NCBI GenBank assembly: GCA_965279035.1
Contig: OZ257142.1
Span: forward strand, 2,112,001-2,176,000
From: Bacteroidia bacterium
GTDB taxonomy: Bacteria; Bacteroidota; Bacteroidia; M30B66
DNA length: 64,000 nt
Reading direction: 5' to 3'
In this document: piece after piece, positions 41,566 through 51,790 of the stretch
Layout of the letters: each line of letters begins with the position of its first letter
How positions within the stretch are numbered: the stretch's first letter is position 1
The notes under the pieces: model-generated
Told to the model about the DNA's origin: nothing
Databases searched by the model: none
The model's input: the letters and a program-made list of their open reading frames with translations, nothing else
Program-made: the position numbers and the translations under genes

Positions 41566-44412
41566 CTATCTTTTACAAATTGATTTGAAATCGCAAAAAA
41601 TACACCTTGACGTGTCTTCAACTTGCTTGAAATTTTTATTTGAATCCAGTAATTCATTAACAATCTGTTTAAATACGTTTTTAGTTTCTAATCGATCTTC
41701 ATTATTTAATCCTTCTTTGTTATTAATGTTTAATGCCATCAAGCCTGTTTGTGGTTTTCTAAGGCTTATTATTCCTGGAATAATTTTATAATTTTCATAA
41801 TCAGTTGGAGCCATGAAGGTGTATTGTAAAAGTTGAAGGGCCTTTGATTTTTTAGGATTTAATAGAACTTCATTTTGGTCATTTATTTTCAAATCTGTTT
41901 TAGTAATAAAACCCGTTTTATAATCAATTATTCTAATAGTATTATCTATCTTATCAATTCTATCAACTCGTCCTCTGAATTCAACTTCTTTTTCTTTTCC
42001 ATTTATTTCGATTTTCATTTTGTAAGTTAAATCACTTTCTATTTTTTCAATTAATAAATTGCTATTATTTTCATTAAGTTTTTTGATAAATAAAATTTCT
42101 GAATTAATGAAATTATTAATTATATTAATTACTCCGTTGAAAATTAAATTGTTATTTCCATTTTTAATATCCTTTATATCAATCCCTTCATTTTTAAATG
42201 CATTAAAAACTTCTTTTTTTATTTCATATTTTATTTTAATTAAATCTTCAGTAGTTATTATTTTATTTTCAAATGGTTTATAAAAAAATTGTAATACATT
42301 ATGAATTATAGTGCCCATTATGTTTGATTCAATTTCATCAGATGTTAATTCATCTACTTTTATTTTTCCTATATATCTAAAATAAAAAGATAAACTACAG
42401 TTTAAGTATATTGATATTGCTGTTGGAGATAAATTCTTAAAGACATCATCTCCATTAATTCTTTGAATAATTTTATCTATTATTTCTGATGATTTTATTA
42501 CTTCAAACGAACTTACTTCATTAAATATTAATTCGGGTACGAAAATTTCTTTTGTAATTTTTATTTTATTGTTTATTATTTCTTTTTCTAATTGAGTTAA
42601 AAATCTTGATTGTTCCCCTTTCCCAAATTCATCAGTTTCGGTATTGTATACAAACCATATATTTTCGGCACGCTGTATCATTCTATAAAAGTGATAGGCA
42701 TAAATTGCATCTCTTTCTTTATATGTCGGTAATCCAAAATATGTTGATATATCATTTGGAATAAATGATCGATGCATTTTTGATGCTGGAAGAACACCTT
42801 CATTTACTGATAATAATATTAAATTTTGGAAATCAAGATTTCTTGTTTCAAGTAGTCCCATTATTTGCAATCCATTTAATTGTTCACCATAAAATGGAAA
42901 TGATTGACTCTTAATTAACTGTGTAAATATTTTTTGGAATGTGCTAATTTTTTTAAATCCAGTAAATGTATCTTTAAGATTCTCTATTTGTTTAATAACT
43001 GAATTAATTGTAAATAAAGCCTCCATATCTAATCCAACTTCGGCCATCTGCTTTGAATTTATGTTATCATATAAATATTTTACTAATTTATTTAATGTAG
43101 ACAATGAATTTATCAATTCATTATTCCATGGTTGAAAAATAAAATCTATTTTACTTTTAATTTCATTATTAGTTAATATATTATTGTTTAAGGTTGAAAG
43201 ATTTATAAAAATATTTTTACTCTTAACTATTTTGTCAATTATTGGCTGTATTTTTTTATTATCAACTGTTGCAGCTATTATTGGATTTCTAAAAATTCGC
43301 AATAAATCTCTATAGTAAAATGAAGGTTGTTTTAAAATATCATTTGAATTTATTCTTGCTCTATTATGCATTTCAAAAACCAAAATGAATAAATTACTAA
43401 TAGGAAGTAAATGCACTGGAAAACCCATAGTAATATTTACATTTTTTATATTCTCTGGTAATAAATCTAGCATTGGTAATAATAATTGTTCATCGCAAAG
43501 CACTAAAGCCGTATTTGTCAATTCACTATTTTCATTACTTAATTTATCTAATATACTTCCTGCAACTAGTGATTGACCAAAGTTTTTAGCAACTCCTATA
43601 ATATGAATATTCTTATTTGAATTTTCTATAAATTGTTTGCTTCCATACATAGGATCAACTGGCCAATCTTTTAAATATTGTCGAATAAAGTGACCAGCTT
43701 CATTTATTTCATTATTAATATAATAGGAATCAGCATCCCATATTATTTCTGCTTTTCCAATTTTAGTTAAGTAAGAAATAATAATTTGTTCCGATTTATT
43801 CAATGCATTAAATCCAGCAAAAATTATTTTATCATATTTAAATAGATTAATGTGTGTTTCAATTTCTTTTGAAAGTTTGCGATATGCCATCGCCATTGTT
43901 GCTAATCCTTTATCATTCAAATGTTTAATAAATAAATTATACCAAATTCCTATTCGGGACCAAAATTTTAAATATTGTCTTTGATTTTCTGTTATAATAC
44001 TTCCATCAGGAGACCAATTTTTCAATGCATATGCATCATCAATTGTACTAAACAATTGTTTTGAATCAACACAATACAAATCAATTTCTTGAAAATCATG
44101 AATGAGTTGTGGTGCCCAAATACTGAATGATTCAAACGACTCAGCATTTTCTCCTTCACATTGCTGATAAACTGAATAAAATTCAAAAATTGTTGATATA
44201 GAATCTAGAATTTTAAGCTCAGTAAGTAATATAACAAATTCTTCACTTGAATAATGTTGAGGAAACCACTGAACTTCTGGATTTAAAATTGAAAGTTCTT
44301 TTCGAAAGAAAATTTTAGATCTTTTATTTGGGAAAACTAAACATGTATTTTTTCCTTGTTTAGATAGTTTCAAATACAAAGCTGCGACATCTTTTACAAA
44401 ACTCTCTTTCAT
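41566..44412 (-). CDS. PD-(D/E)XK nuclease, AddB/RexB-like (start likely ATG 44412)
   Basis: VFPNKRS, LQIMGLLETRNLDF, LSPTAI..Y.NC, GRVDRID, IIDYKTG, QLLQY, C-terminal CIFCDFKSIC. Confidence 0.85.
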   Translation of the reverse strand: MKESFVKDVAALYLKLSKQGKNTCLVFPNKRSKIFFRKELSILNPEVQWFPQHYSSEEFVILLTELKILDSISTIFEFYSVYQQCEGENAESFESFSIWAPQLIHDFQEIDLYCVDSKQLFSTIDDAYALKNWSPDGSIITENQRQYLKFWSRIGIWYNLFIKHLNDKGLATMAMAYRKLSKEIETHINLFKYDKIIFAGFNALNKSEQIIISYLTKIGKAEIIWDADSYYINNEINEAGHFIRQYLKDWPVDPMYGSKQFIENSNKNIHIIGVAKNFGQSLVAGSILDKLSNENSELTNTALVLCDEQLLLPMLDLLPENIKNVNITMGFPVHLLPISNLFILVFEMHNRARINSNDILKQPSFYYRDLLRIFRNPIIAATVDNKKIQPIIDKIVKSKNIFINLSTLNNNILTNNEIKSKIDFIFQPWNNELINSLSTLNKLVKYLYDNINSKQMAEVGLDMEALFTINSVIKQIENLKDTFTGFKKISTFQKIFTQLIKSQSFPFYGEQLNGLQIMGLLETRNLDFQNLILLSVNEGVLPASKMHRSFIPNDISTYFGLPTYKERDAIYAYHFYRMIQRAENIWFVYNTETDEFGKGEQSRFLTQLEKEIINNKIKITKEIFVPELIFNEVSSFEVIKSSEIIDKIIQRINGDDVFKNLSPTAISIYLNCSLSFYFRYIGKIKVDELTSDEIESNIMGTIIHNVLQFFYKPFENKIITTEDLIKIKYEIKKEVFNAFKNEGIDIKDIKNGNNNLIFNGVINIINNFINSEILFIKKLNENNSNLLIEKIESDLTYKMKIEINGKEKEVEFRGRVDRIDKIDNTIRIIDYKTGFITKTDLKINDQNEVLLNPKKSKALQLLQYTFMAPTDYENYKIIPGIISLRKPQTGLMALNINNKEGLNNEDRLETKNVFKQIVNELLDSNKNFKQVEDTSRCIFCDFKSICKR

Positions 44413-44620
44413 TCTGCAAATTACATAGTTTGATTTTATATTCTTGCTATAAATCACATTTTCTATTTGAAATTCCTAGTATATGAAAATGATATCATTA
44501 TGTAAAATGTAGGTTTTTATATTGATTATTAGTGATTTGTATTTTTGATTTGTAAAACAATGTTAATATAATATAAAATTGCATAATATTTGTGGAGTTT
44601 TATGTCACAATCAAAAAATT

Positions 44621-46024
44621 ATGAGAAAGATTTTGCTCAATTTCATCCTTATTTTTATTTCTAATTCCATTCTCCTTGCAGGTAGTTACGAAATAAAACT
44701 CACTATAAAGGGGATTAAGAATCAAAACATTCAATTAGCTTATTATTTTGGAGATAAGCAATATATAAGAGATTCTTCAAAAGCAGATGAAAATGGAAAA
44801 TTAACCTTTAAAGGAGATGAGAATCTACCTGGAGGAGTTTATTTAGCTGTACTTCCCAATCGAAAATACTTTGAAATGATTGTTGATAAGGAACAAAAGT
44901 TTAGTATGGAAACTGATACATTAGATTTAATTTCCAATATGAAAGTAAAAGGCTCTAAGGATAACGAATCTTTTTATGAATATTTAAATTGGATATCTGT
45001 AAGAGGGAAAGAAATGGAAAGGTTGAAAAAAGAATTTGATTTAGCTAAGGGAGATGAAATGAAATCTAAATTGATTCGTGATGAACAAAATAATGTCGAT
45101 AAATCAGTAAAAGAGTATAAGAACAATTTCATTACTACTCATCCTGATATGTTGCTATCTAAGATATTTAATGCAAGCTGGGAACCGGAAATTCCTGAAG
45201 CTCCTACTTTGGGCAATGGACGAAAAGATTCAACATTTGCATATAGATATTATAAAGCACATTATTTTGATAAGTTTGATTTAAAGGATGATCGATTATT
45301 GAGATCACCAGTGTTTGGAAATAAAATTAAACAGTTTTTCGAAAAATTAACACCCCAAATTCCTGATTCTATTAATCAAGCAGCTAAACGTGTGATTAAT
45401 CTAACAGACGAAAAAAGTGAAACTTTTAAGTTCCTTGTTTATTGGATTACTAATACTTATGAAAAATCTGAAATTATGGGAATGGATGCTGTATTTGTCT
45501 ATATGGCGAAAAACTACTATATGAATGGAAAAGCATATTGGGTTGAAGATGAGCAATTAGGTAAAATTAAAGAACGTGTAACTGCATTAGAGCCTTGTTT
45601 AATTGGTGTAACTGCTAACAATATGCATCTTTTAAAAAGTGACTTTCATCCTATTGCATTAAATGATATAAAAAAGAAATATACTCTCGTTTATTTTTGG
45701 GATCCAAGTTGTGGACATTGTCAAAAAGTTACTCCTAAACTTAGAGATTTTTATAATACATATAAAAAGGAATTTGATTTAGAAGTATTAGGAGTTTATA
45801 TTGAAGCTGATACTACAGAATGGTTCAAATATATTAAGGAAAAAGAGCTCAATTGGATTAATGCAGCAGATCTTTTGGGTACTGCACAATTTCGTAAATA
45901 CTATGATATATACTCAACTCCTGTTTTGTATGTATTAGATCGAAATAAAAAAATTATTGCTAAAAGAATTGACGTTGAAAAGATCGAAGACTTTTTGAAG
46001 AATTATGAGAAGTTCAATAAATAA
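44621..46024 (+). CDS. Exported TlpA-type thioredoxin-fold protein with DUF5106-like region (start likely ATG 44621)
   Basis: Signal peptide; HYFD..D..D.RLLRSP; FWDPSCGHC CxxC; YDIYSTP. Confidence 0.85.
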   Translation: MRKILLNFILIFISNSILLAGSYEIKLTIKGIKNQNIQLAYYFGDKQYIRDSSKADENGKLTFKGDENLPGGVYLAVLPNRKYFEMIVDKEQKFSMETDTLDLISNMKVKGSKDNESFYEYLNWISVRGKEMERLKKEFDLAKGDEMKSKLIRDEQNNVDKSVKEYKNNFITTHPDMLLSKIFNASWEPEIPEAPTLGNGRKDSTFAYRYYKAHYFDKFDLKDDRLLRSPVFGNKIKQFFEKLTPQIPDSINQAAKRVINLTDEKSETFKFLVYWITNTYEKSEIMGMDAVFVYMAKNYYMNGKAYWVEDEQLGKIKERVTALEPCLIGVTANNMHLLKSDFHPIALNDIKKKYTLVYFWDPSCGHCQKVTPKLRDFYNTYKKEFDLEVLGVYIEADTTEWFKYIKEKELNWINAADLLGTAQFRKYYDIYSTPVLYVLDRNKKIIAKRIDVEKIEDFLKNYEKFNK

Positions 46025-46228
46025 TAATTTTCTTAGATTGAGATATTTAACAATTTCACATTCTATTGAAGATTAGTAGTTTAAATAACTTTGGTTTGTT
46101 TGAGCTAATTAAAAAAATAATATTTTAAAAGCAGTTATTCGGAAATACAATTATAATTAAATTAATATTAGGACGATTTGAATTTTCAAATGATCCTTAT
46201 ATAATTTATTACATTTTAGTTTTAATTA

Positions 46229-47625
46229 CACTAGTGTCCGATAAAACATTTTGAAAGCGGGACTTCCAATTAGGTTGTCCCGCTTTGTTGTAATTTGGTT
46301 TTGCGAACATAAATTACATGAATAAAAGTAACTACTTTTTTGGACAGTCGGTTTTCGGACAGCTGATTTCTTTAATAGATATTAGAATTATCACTTCAGT
46401 TGTTAAAAAGCATATGTCAGATCATTACGTGAAGAAGTTTGATACTTCTGATCATCTGATAAGTATGCTCTTCTCAACATTTGCTAATTGCACTTCTTTG
46501 CGCGAAGTCGCAGGTTCAATGCTCGGATTAAAGGGCAAAACCAATCATTTTCAACTTAAGCATATTCCATATAAAAGCACTTTAGGTGATGCAAACCAGC
46601 GAAGGAGCCATTTGGTATTTCAGGATATCTATTATGAACTGTTAAAAGAGTTTGGACCATTTATCTCGGACAGCCGATATAATTACAGCTGGGAAAGGTT
46701 ATTGGATATATTTGATTCAACCACCATTGGTCTTTTTAAGGATATATTGAGTTGTGTAGGAAGAGAACCTGCCAATGGAAAAAGAAAGGGCGGCATTAAG
46801 GTTCATACACAAATTAGTCTTCAAGAAAGAGTACCTAAATTGGTTTGGTTCTCAGCAGCAACAACAAACGATCGTCAGTTTCTGAAATACTTTAAATTAG
46901 AAAAAGGGCGAATCGCAGTTTTTGATAAAGGATATAATGATTACAAGGTCTTCGATGAATTCACCAAAAATGAGAGGTTCTTTGTAACCCGTTTAAAATC
47001 GAACGCAGTTTATGAATCTGTTTCTGAAAATGAAATCCCACCTTATATTGATAATGGAGTTCTAAAAGATGAAATCATTCGTGTTGATGTAAAGGAAAAT
47101 GGAAAGTATTTAAAAACAACAGAATTAAGGCGTATAGCTTATTGGGATGACGAAAATAAACGCTGTTTTGAGTTTTTAACGAATCTGTTCGGAATGAATG
47201 CTGGACACATTGCATTGATTTATAAAAAACGATGGCAAATCGAGTTGTTATTCAAACAATTAAAACAAAACTTCCCATTAAAATATTTTCTAGGAGACAA
47301 TGAGAATGCTATTAAAATCCAAATCTGGTGCACTTTAATAGTTAATTTACTCTTAAGCGTTATTCACAGAAAACTCAAGCGTAAATGGGCATTCTCAAAC
47401 CTTGCAAGCTTCTGTAGATTGCATCTGTTCAATTATATTCACCTAATTAAATTCCTTGAGAACCCAGAAAAAGACTGGCTAAAAGAAGTTGACACTCAAC
47501 TTCAATTGAAATTTAATACATCATGAAAAGGGGGGCTTACTTTTTAAAACAGAGAAATCATTCCAGTATAATCAACACTTTCATAGTGAAAAATTCTCAT
47601 ATTGAGTTTTTATCGGACACTAGTG
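46229..47625 (+). mobile_element. Complete IS4-family insertion sequence (1397 bp)
   Basis: Perfect 18-bp terminal IRs CACTAGTGTCCGATAAAA (46229-46246 and 47608-47625); 9-bp target duplication TTTTAATTA (46220-46228 and 47626-47634). Confidence 0.95.
46318..47526 (+). CDS. IS4-family DDE transposase (DUF4372-like N-terminus)
   Basis: FDSTTI, GIKVH, FDKGY, and YKKRWQIELLFKQLKQ (YREK signature). Confidence 0.95.
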   Translation: MNKSNYFFGQSVFGQLISLIDIRIITSVVKKHMSDHYVKKFDTSDHLISMLFSTFANCTSLREVAGSMLGLKGKTNHFQLKHIPYKSTLGDANQRRSHLVFQDIYYELLKEFGPFISDSRYNYSWERLLDIFDSTTIGLFKDILSCVGREPANGKRKGGIKVHTQISLQERVPKLVWFSAATTNDRQFLKYFKLEKGRIAVFDKGYNDYKVFDEFTKNERFFVTRLKSNAVYESVSENEIPPYIDNGVLKDEIIRVDVKENGKYLKTTELRRIAYWDDENKRCFEFLTNLFGMNAGHIALIYKKRWQIELLFKQLKQNFPLKYFLGDNENAIKIQIWCTLIVNLLLSVIHRKLKRKWAFSNLASFCRLHLFNYIHLIKFLENPEKDWLKEVDTQLQLKFNTS

Positions 47626-47901
47626 TTTTAATTATAAATTATCAAATTAAAAGAATTGGTTAAATAATTTAGAACATTCAATTACTGGCATTTGTGATTT
47701 AGGGTTTGTTCTTGATTTCTTTGATTTTAAGAATGAATTATCCCATACATACAAAATATTGAACTATGTGATGCTAAATTAAAGGTCTATCATTATTCAA
47801 TTTAGAATAAACGTTTAAACAATTTATCATTTTCTTGGAATATAAAATTTAATTTAAAAATTTATTTTTATAAGTTGGTCAATGAAATACTATATGAATT
47901 A

Positions 47902-49389
47902 ATGAAAAAGATAATATCCATTGATCAAGGTACCACTTCAACTCGATGTATCCTCTTTGATGAAGAAGGGAATGTATTAGCATCAGCTCAAATAGAACTA
48001 AAGCAATATTTTCCAAATCCAGGTTGGGTGGAACATGATCCAGAGGAAATTCTAGATAGTGTTAAAGGAACATATACTTCGGTATTGATACAGTCTGGAT
48101 TAAAAGGAAGTGATATTTTCACCATTGGAATAACCAATCAACGAGAAACAACTATTTTGTGGGATAGAAAAACAGGAAAAGCTGTTTATCCTGCCATAGT
48201 TTGGCAAAGTCGTCAATCATTATCTATTTGTGATCGATTGATAAATCTTGGTTTAAAAGAGGCAATTCGAAGTAAAACTGGATTAGAATTGGATGCATAC
48301 TTTTCTGCTAGTAAAATTTCCTGGATTTTAGAAAATATCGAAGGTATTAGATCAAAAGCAGAAGCAGGGGAATTGGCATTTGGAACAATTGATACATGGT
48401 TACTTTGGAATTTAACAGGAGGTAAAGTGCATGCAACAGATTTCAGCAATGCATCGAGAACATTATTGTTTAATATTTATGATTTATGTTGGGATACTGA
48501 ATTATTAAACTGGTTTGATATTCCCATTTCTATCTTACCTGAAGTAAAAGAAAGTTCTACCTATTTTGGGACAACGGTTTCTAGTTTTTTAGATGCGGGA
48601 ATTTCAATAAATGGAATTGCAGGTGATCAACAAGCATCCTTATTTGGTCAAGGATGTATTCATGCTACTATGGCAAAAAATACATATGGTACAGGATGTT
48701 TTATGCTTATGAATACAGGAGAAATTCCTGTTAAATCAAAGAATGGATTAATCACAACCATTGCATGGATGATTGAGGGGAAAGTTTGTTATGCACTCGA
48801 AGGAAGCGTTTTTGTTGCTGGTTCAGCATTACAATGGTTAAGGGATGGATTGGGCTTATTTGATGATGTTTCAAAAAGCGAAGGAATTGCTTCACAAGTA
48901 AAAAATTCGAATGGAGTTTACTTTGTGCCTGCATTTGTGGGTTTGGGAGCACCACATTGGAATTCAGAAGCACGTGGGGCCTTTTTCGGTTTGACTCGCG
49001 GAACAAATCGATCACATATTGTACGTGCTGCACTTGAATCAATTGCATATCAAACAAAAGATGTCTTTCTAGCGATGCAAGATGATGCTAATATGGACAT
49101 TTCAATTTTGTTTGTAGATGGAGGAGCATCTTCCAATAATTTAGTGATGCAGTTTCAAAGTGATTTGCTTCAAATTGAAGTAATTCGGGCGAGATTCACA
49201 GAAACAACCGCTTTAGGTGCAGCATTACTAGCAGGACTTTCGGCTGGTGTTTGGAATTCAATTCAAGCATGTTCTGAAGTTGGGAAAAAAGGGATATCAT
49301 TCATTCCTGAAAACGATAGAAAATTCACTGAAGCTCTATACAATGGTTGGATTAAAGCTGTAGAGGCAACAATCAACTATAAATCCTAG
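47902..49389 (+). CDS. glpK: Glycerol kinase (start ATG 47902)
   Basis: IDQGTTSTR, GITNQRETT, DFSNASRT, GDQQA, KNTYGTGCF, ETTALGAA. Confidence 0.95.
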   Translation: MKKIISIDQGTTSTRCILFDEEGNVLASAQIELKQYFPNPGWVEHDPEEILDSVKGTYTSVLIQSGLKGSDIFTIGITNQRETTILWDRKTGKAVYPAIVWQSRQSLSICDRLINLGLKEAIRSKTGLELDAYFSASKISWILENIEGIRSKAEAGELAFGTIDTWLLWNLTGGKVHATDFSNASRTLLFNIYDLCWDTELLNWFDIPISILPEVKESSTYFGTTVSSFLDAGISINGIAGDQQASLFGQGCIHATMAKNTYGTGCFMLMNTGEIPVKSKNGLITTIAWMIEGKVCYALEGSVFVAGSALQWLRDGLGLFDDVSKSEGIASQVKNSNGVYFVPAFVGLGAPHWNSEARGAFFGLTRGTNRSHIVRAALESIAYQTKDVFLAMQDDANMDISILFVDGGASSNNLVMQFQSDLLQIEVIRARFTETTALGAALLAGLSAGVWNSIQACSEVGKKGISFIPENDRKFTEALYNGWIKAVEATINYKS

Positions 49390-49457
49390 GCGATTATCCT
49401 TTGAATTTGTTGTTGAATACAAGAACAGAATCAGGTACTTTTGTATAAATACTAATT

Positions 49458-50930
49458 ATGCGAAGCTTATATATTTTATTTCTTTCATTCCTGATCCCAA
49501 TATTCTCATTAGCAGAAAATGAAGGGAATTCCATTCAGGTTCTTTTTTCCCATGCTGTTTTTCAGATGAATGGGCGTAAGCCTTATGTGGAAACCTATAT
49601 CATGGTGAATGGTTCAAGTGTTGTTTTTAAGAAAACAGCTTCAGGTAAATATCAGGGCACCATTGAAGTTATTCTCACCGTTAATCAAGGAGATCAAATA
49701 AAATATGCTGATAAATATAATTTATTGAGTCCTGAAACTGATGATTCGCTTCATGTAAGTTTTAATTTTATTGACCAACAGCGGATTCCTCTTGGATCTG
49801 GTGATTACGAACTTGGCCTCCATATTCGAGATTTAAATAGCACTAATGATCCTGTAGAAACTTCACTTCCAATTTCGATTAATTTCCCAAGAGATTCTAT
49901 AGCAGTTTCGGATATTCAATTTGTTGAGTCATATACAAAAACCGAGAAACCAGGAAATCTATCTAAAGGAGGATTTGATTTAGTTCCACATGTTGGAGAT
50001 GTGTTTATAAAGGGTGAAAACAAATTGATTTTTTATACCGAAATATATCAAACACTTGCATTTCTAGGAGAAGGTCAGAAATACCTATGCAATTTTTTTA
50101 TTCGTGATTTGAACAATGGGCAACAGTTAACAAATTATTCAGGTTTTACTCGATTTACCGCATCAGAAGTTAATGTTATGATGAAGGAATTCGACATAAA
50201 CAATTTACCGAGTGGAAATTATTCTCTATACATTGAAATTCGAGATAAAGACAATTTAGTCAGGGCTATTAAGCATCTCAATTTTGCCCGTTCTAATCCA
50301 AGTGAAACAATTGATCCCAATCTATATACACAAGTTAGTGTGTTAGGGAGTTTTGTTTCCTATTATAAAAATCCAGATAGTTTAGCGGAACATATTCGAT
50401 GTTTATATCCAATTTCTTATGAACTTGAAAAGAACATTGCTACCAATGTTATCAAAGGAAAAGATCTTCAACAGATGCAGCAATACATGCTTTCGTTTTG
50501 GATGAATCGAGATAATCAACACCCTCAGGAAGCTTGGGAGAAATATTTTCTTGAAGTACGTAAGGTTGTTAAAGAGTTTTCAACTTCTATTCGAAAAGGG
50601 TACAATACAGATAGAGGGCGAGTTTATTTGCAATACGGTCCTCCTGATAATCGTACTATGATGCCTCATGAACCAAGTGCTTATCCCTACGAAATTTGGC
50701 AATATTATAAAGTCAAAAACCAATCAAACAGGCGTTTTATTTTTTATAATCCAGATCTTGTAACCAATGATTATAAATTAATACATTCAGATGCATTAGG
50801 AGAAATAATGAATGATCAATGGCAGTTATTAATTTATAAGCGTGATACTCAAACCAACGATATAGATCAAACATCTCCATCGAGTAGGTTTGGCTCACAA
50901 ATTCAACAAAACTATCAAACGCCCAGGTGA
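49458..50930 (+). CDS. GWxTD domain-containing exported protein
   Basis: Signal peptide; FW..RD, GYNTDRGRVYLQYGPP, PYEIWQY; TACTTTTG promoter at 49436-49443. Confidence 0.85.
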   Translation: MRSLYILFLSFLIPIFSLAENEGNSIQVLFSHAVFQMNGRKPYVETYIMVNGSSVVFKKTASGKYQGTIEVILTVNQGDQIKYADKYNLLSPETDDSLHVSFNFIDQQRIPLGSGDYELGLHIRDLNSTNDPVETSLPISINFPRDSIAVSDIQFVESYTKTEKPGNLSKGGFDLVPHVGDVFIKGENKLIFYTEIYQTLAFLGEGQKYLCNFFIRDLNNGQQLTNYSGFTRFTASEVNVMMKEFDINNLPSGNYSLYIEIRDKDNLVRAIKHLNFARSNPSETIDPNLYTQVSVLGSFVSYYKNPDSLAEHIRCLYPISYELEKNIATNVIKGKDLQQMQQYMLSFWMNRDNQHPQEAWEKYFLEVRKVVKEFSTSIRKGYNTDRGRVYLQYGPPDNRTMMPHEPSAYPYEIWQYYKVKNQSNRRFIFYNPDLVTNDYKLIHSDALGEIMNDQWQLLIYKRDTQTNDIDQTSPSSRFGSQIQQNYQTPR

Positions 50931-51790
50931 AATTTTCATACTATTTGCTCCGAGGAGGCGGCTTTTTGATCGCACAAATACCGCTTTTTTTGTTGTATCC
51001 TCTTTCAAATTTTCTTGCTTGGTTTACTCGTGTAATAGTAGGCTATCGTAAAGAGGTTGTTATGGTAAACCTCAAAACATCATTCCCTGAAAAGAGCGAA
51101 AAAGAATTAATAGAAATAGCCAAAGATTTTTATCTGAATTTTACAGATATCATGGTTGAATCATTTAAAATGCTCAGTTTGAATCCGAAACTAATTCCTT
51201 CAAGAGTGAAACTTATTAACCCAGAACTCTTAAATAAATATAAAGAAGAAGGAAAGAGTATTTTAGCAGTATCAGGGCATTATGGGAATTGGGAATGGAT
51301 GGGTGTTGGTTTGAAAGCTGTAATGGGCATGCGTTCACTTGTTACATACAAACCGCTTTCAAGTGAGTTGATGGATCGTTTAATGAAAGAAATTCGTCAA
51401 CTCAATGGTTCGGAATTAATCTCAATGCAACAAACGTTTCGTTCGATTGCCTCATCAAAAGTACCAGTCATTTCTTTACTTGTAGCCGATCAAGCTCCAC
51501 ATCCTGAAAATGCTTATTGGACAACTTTTCTTCTTCAGGATACTCCGGTTTTTATGGGAGCAGAACGAATAGCCAAATCGACAGGCCATGTTGTTGTTTT
51601 TTTAGCCATGCGACGAGTTAAGAGGGGGCATTATACATTGGAATTACAAGAATTGACTGAGAATCCTAAATCAGAACCTGAATTTAAAATTACCGAAATG
51701 CATCTTCGTGCATTAGAAAGACTTATTATTGAACAACCGGGCAATTGGCTTTGGTCGCATAAACGCTGGAAACATAAACGTCCTGAATGA
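50927..51790 (+). CDS. Lipid A late (lauroyl/myristoyl-type) acyltransferase, LpxL/HtrB family
   Basis: HYGNWE, LVADQ, P..WLWSHKRWK. Confidence 0.88.
   Translation: MKFSYYLLRGGGFLIAQIPLFLLYPLSNFLAWFTRVIVGYRKEVVMVNLKTSFPEKSEKELIEIAKDFYLNFTDIMVESFKMLSLNPKLIPSRVKLINPELLNKYKEEGKSILAVSGHYGNWEWMGVGLKAVMGMRSLVTYKPLSSELMDRLMKEIRQLNGSELISMQQTFRSIASSKVPVISLLVADQAPHPENAYWTTFLLQDTPVFMGAERIAKSTGHVVVFLAMRRVKRGHYTLELQELTENPKSEPEFKITEMHLRALERLIIEQPGNWLWSHKRWKHKRPE

Noticed and set aside
44481-44508. dif-like or Fur-box-like sequence (AATGATATCATT palindrome followed by TTATGTAAAAT)
   Set aside because: The XerD-like arm is present but the XerC arm lacks the ATAA end. The spacing is one base short of a Fur box, and such matches are expected in DNA this AT-rich.
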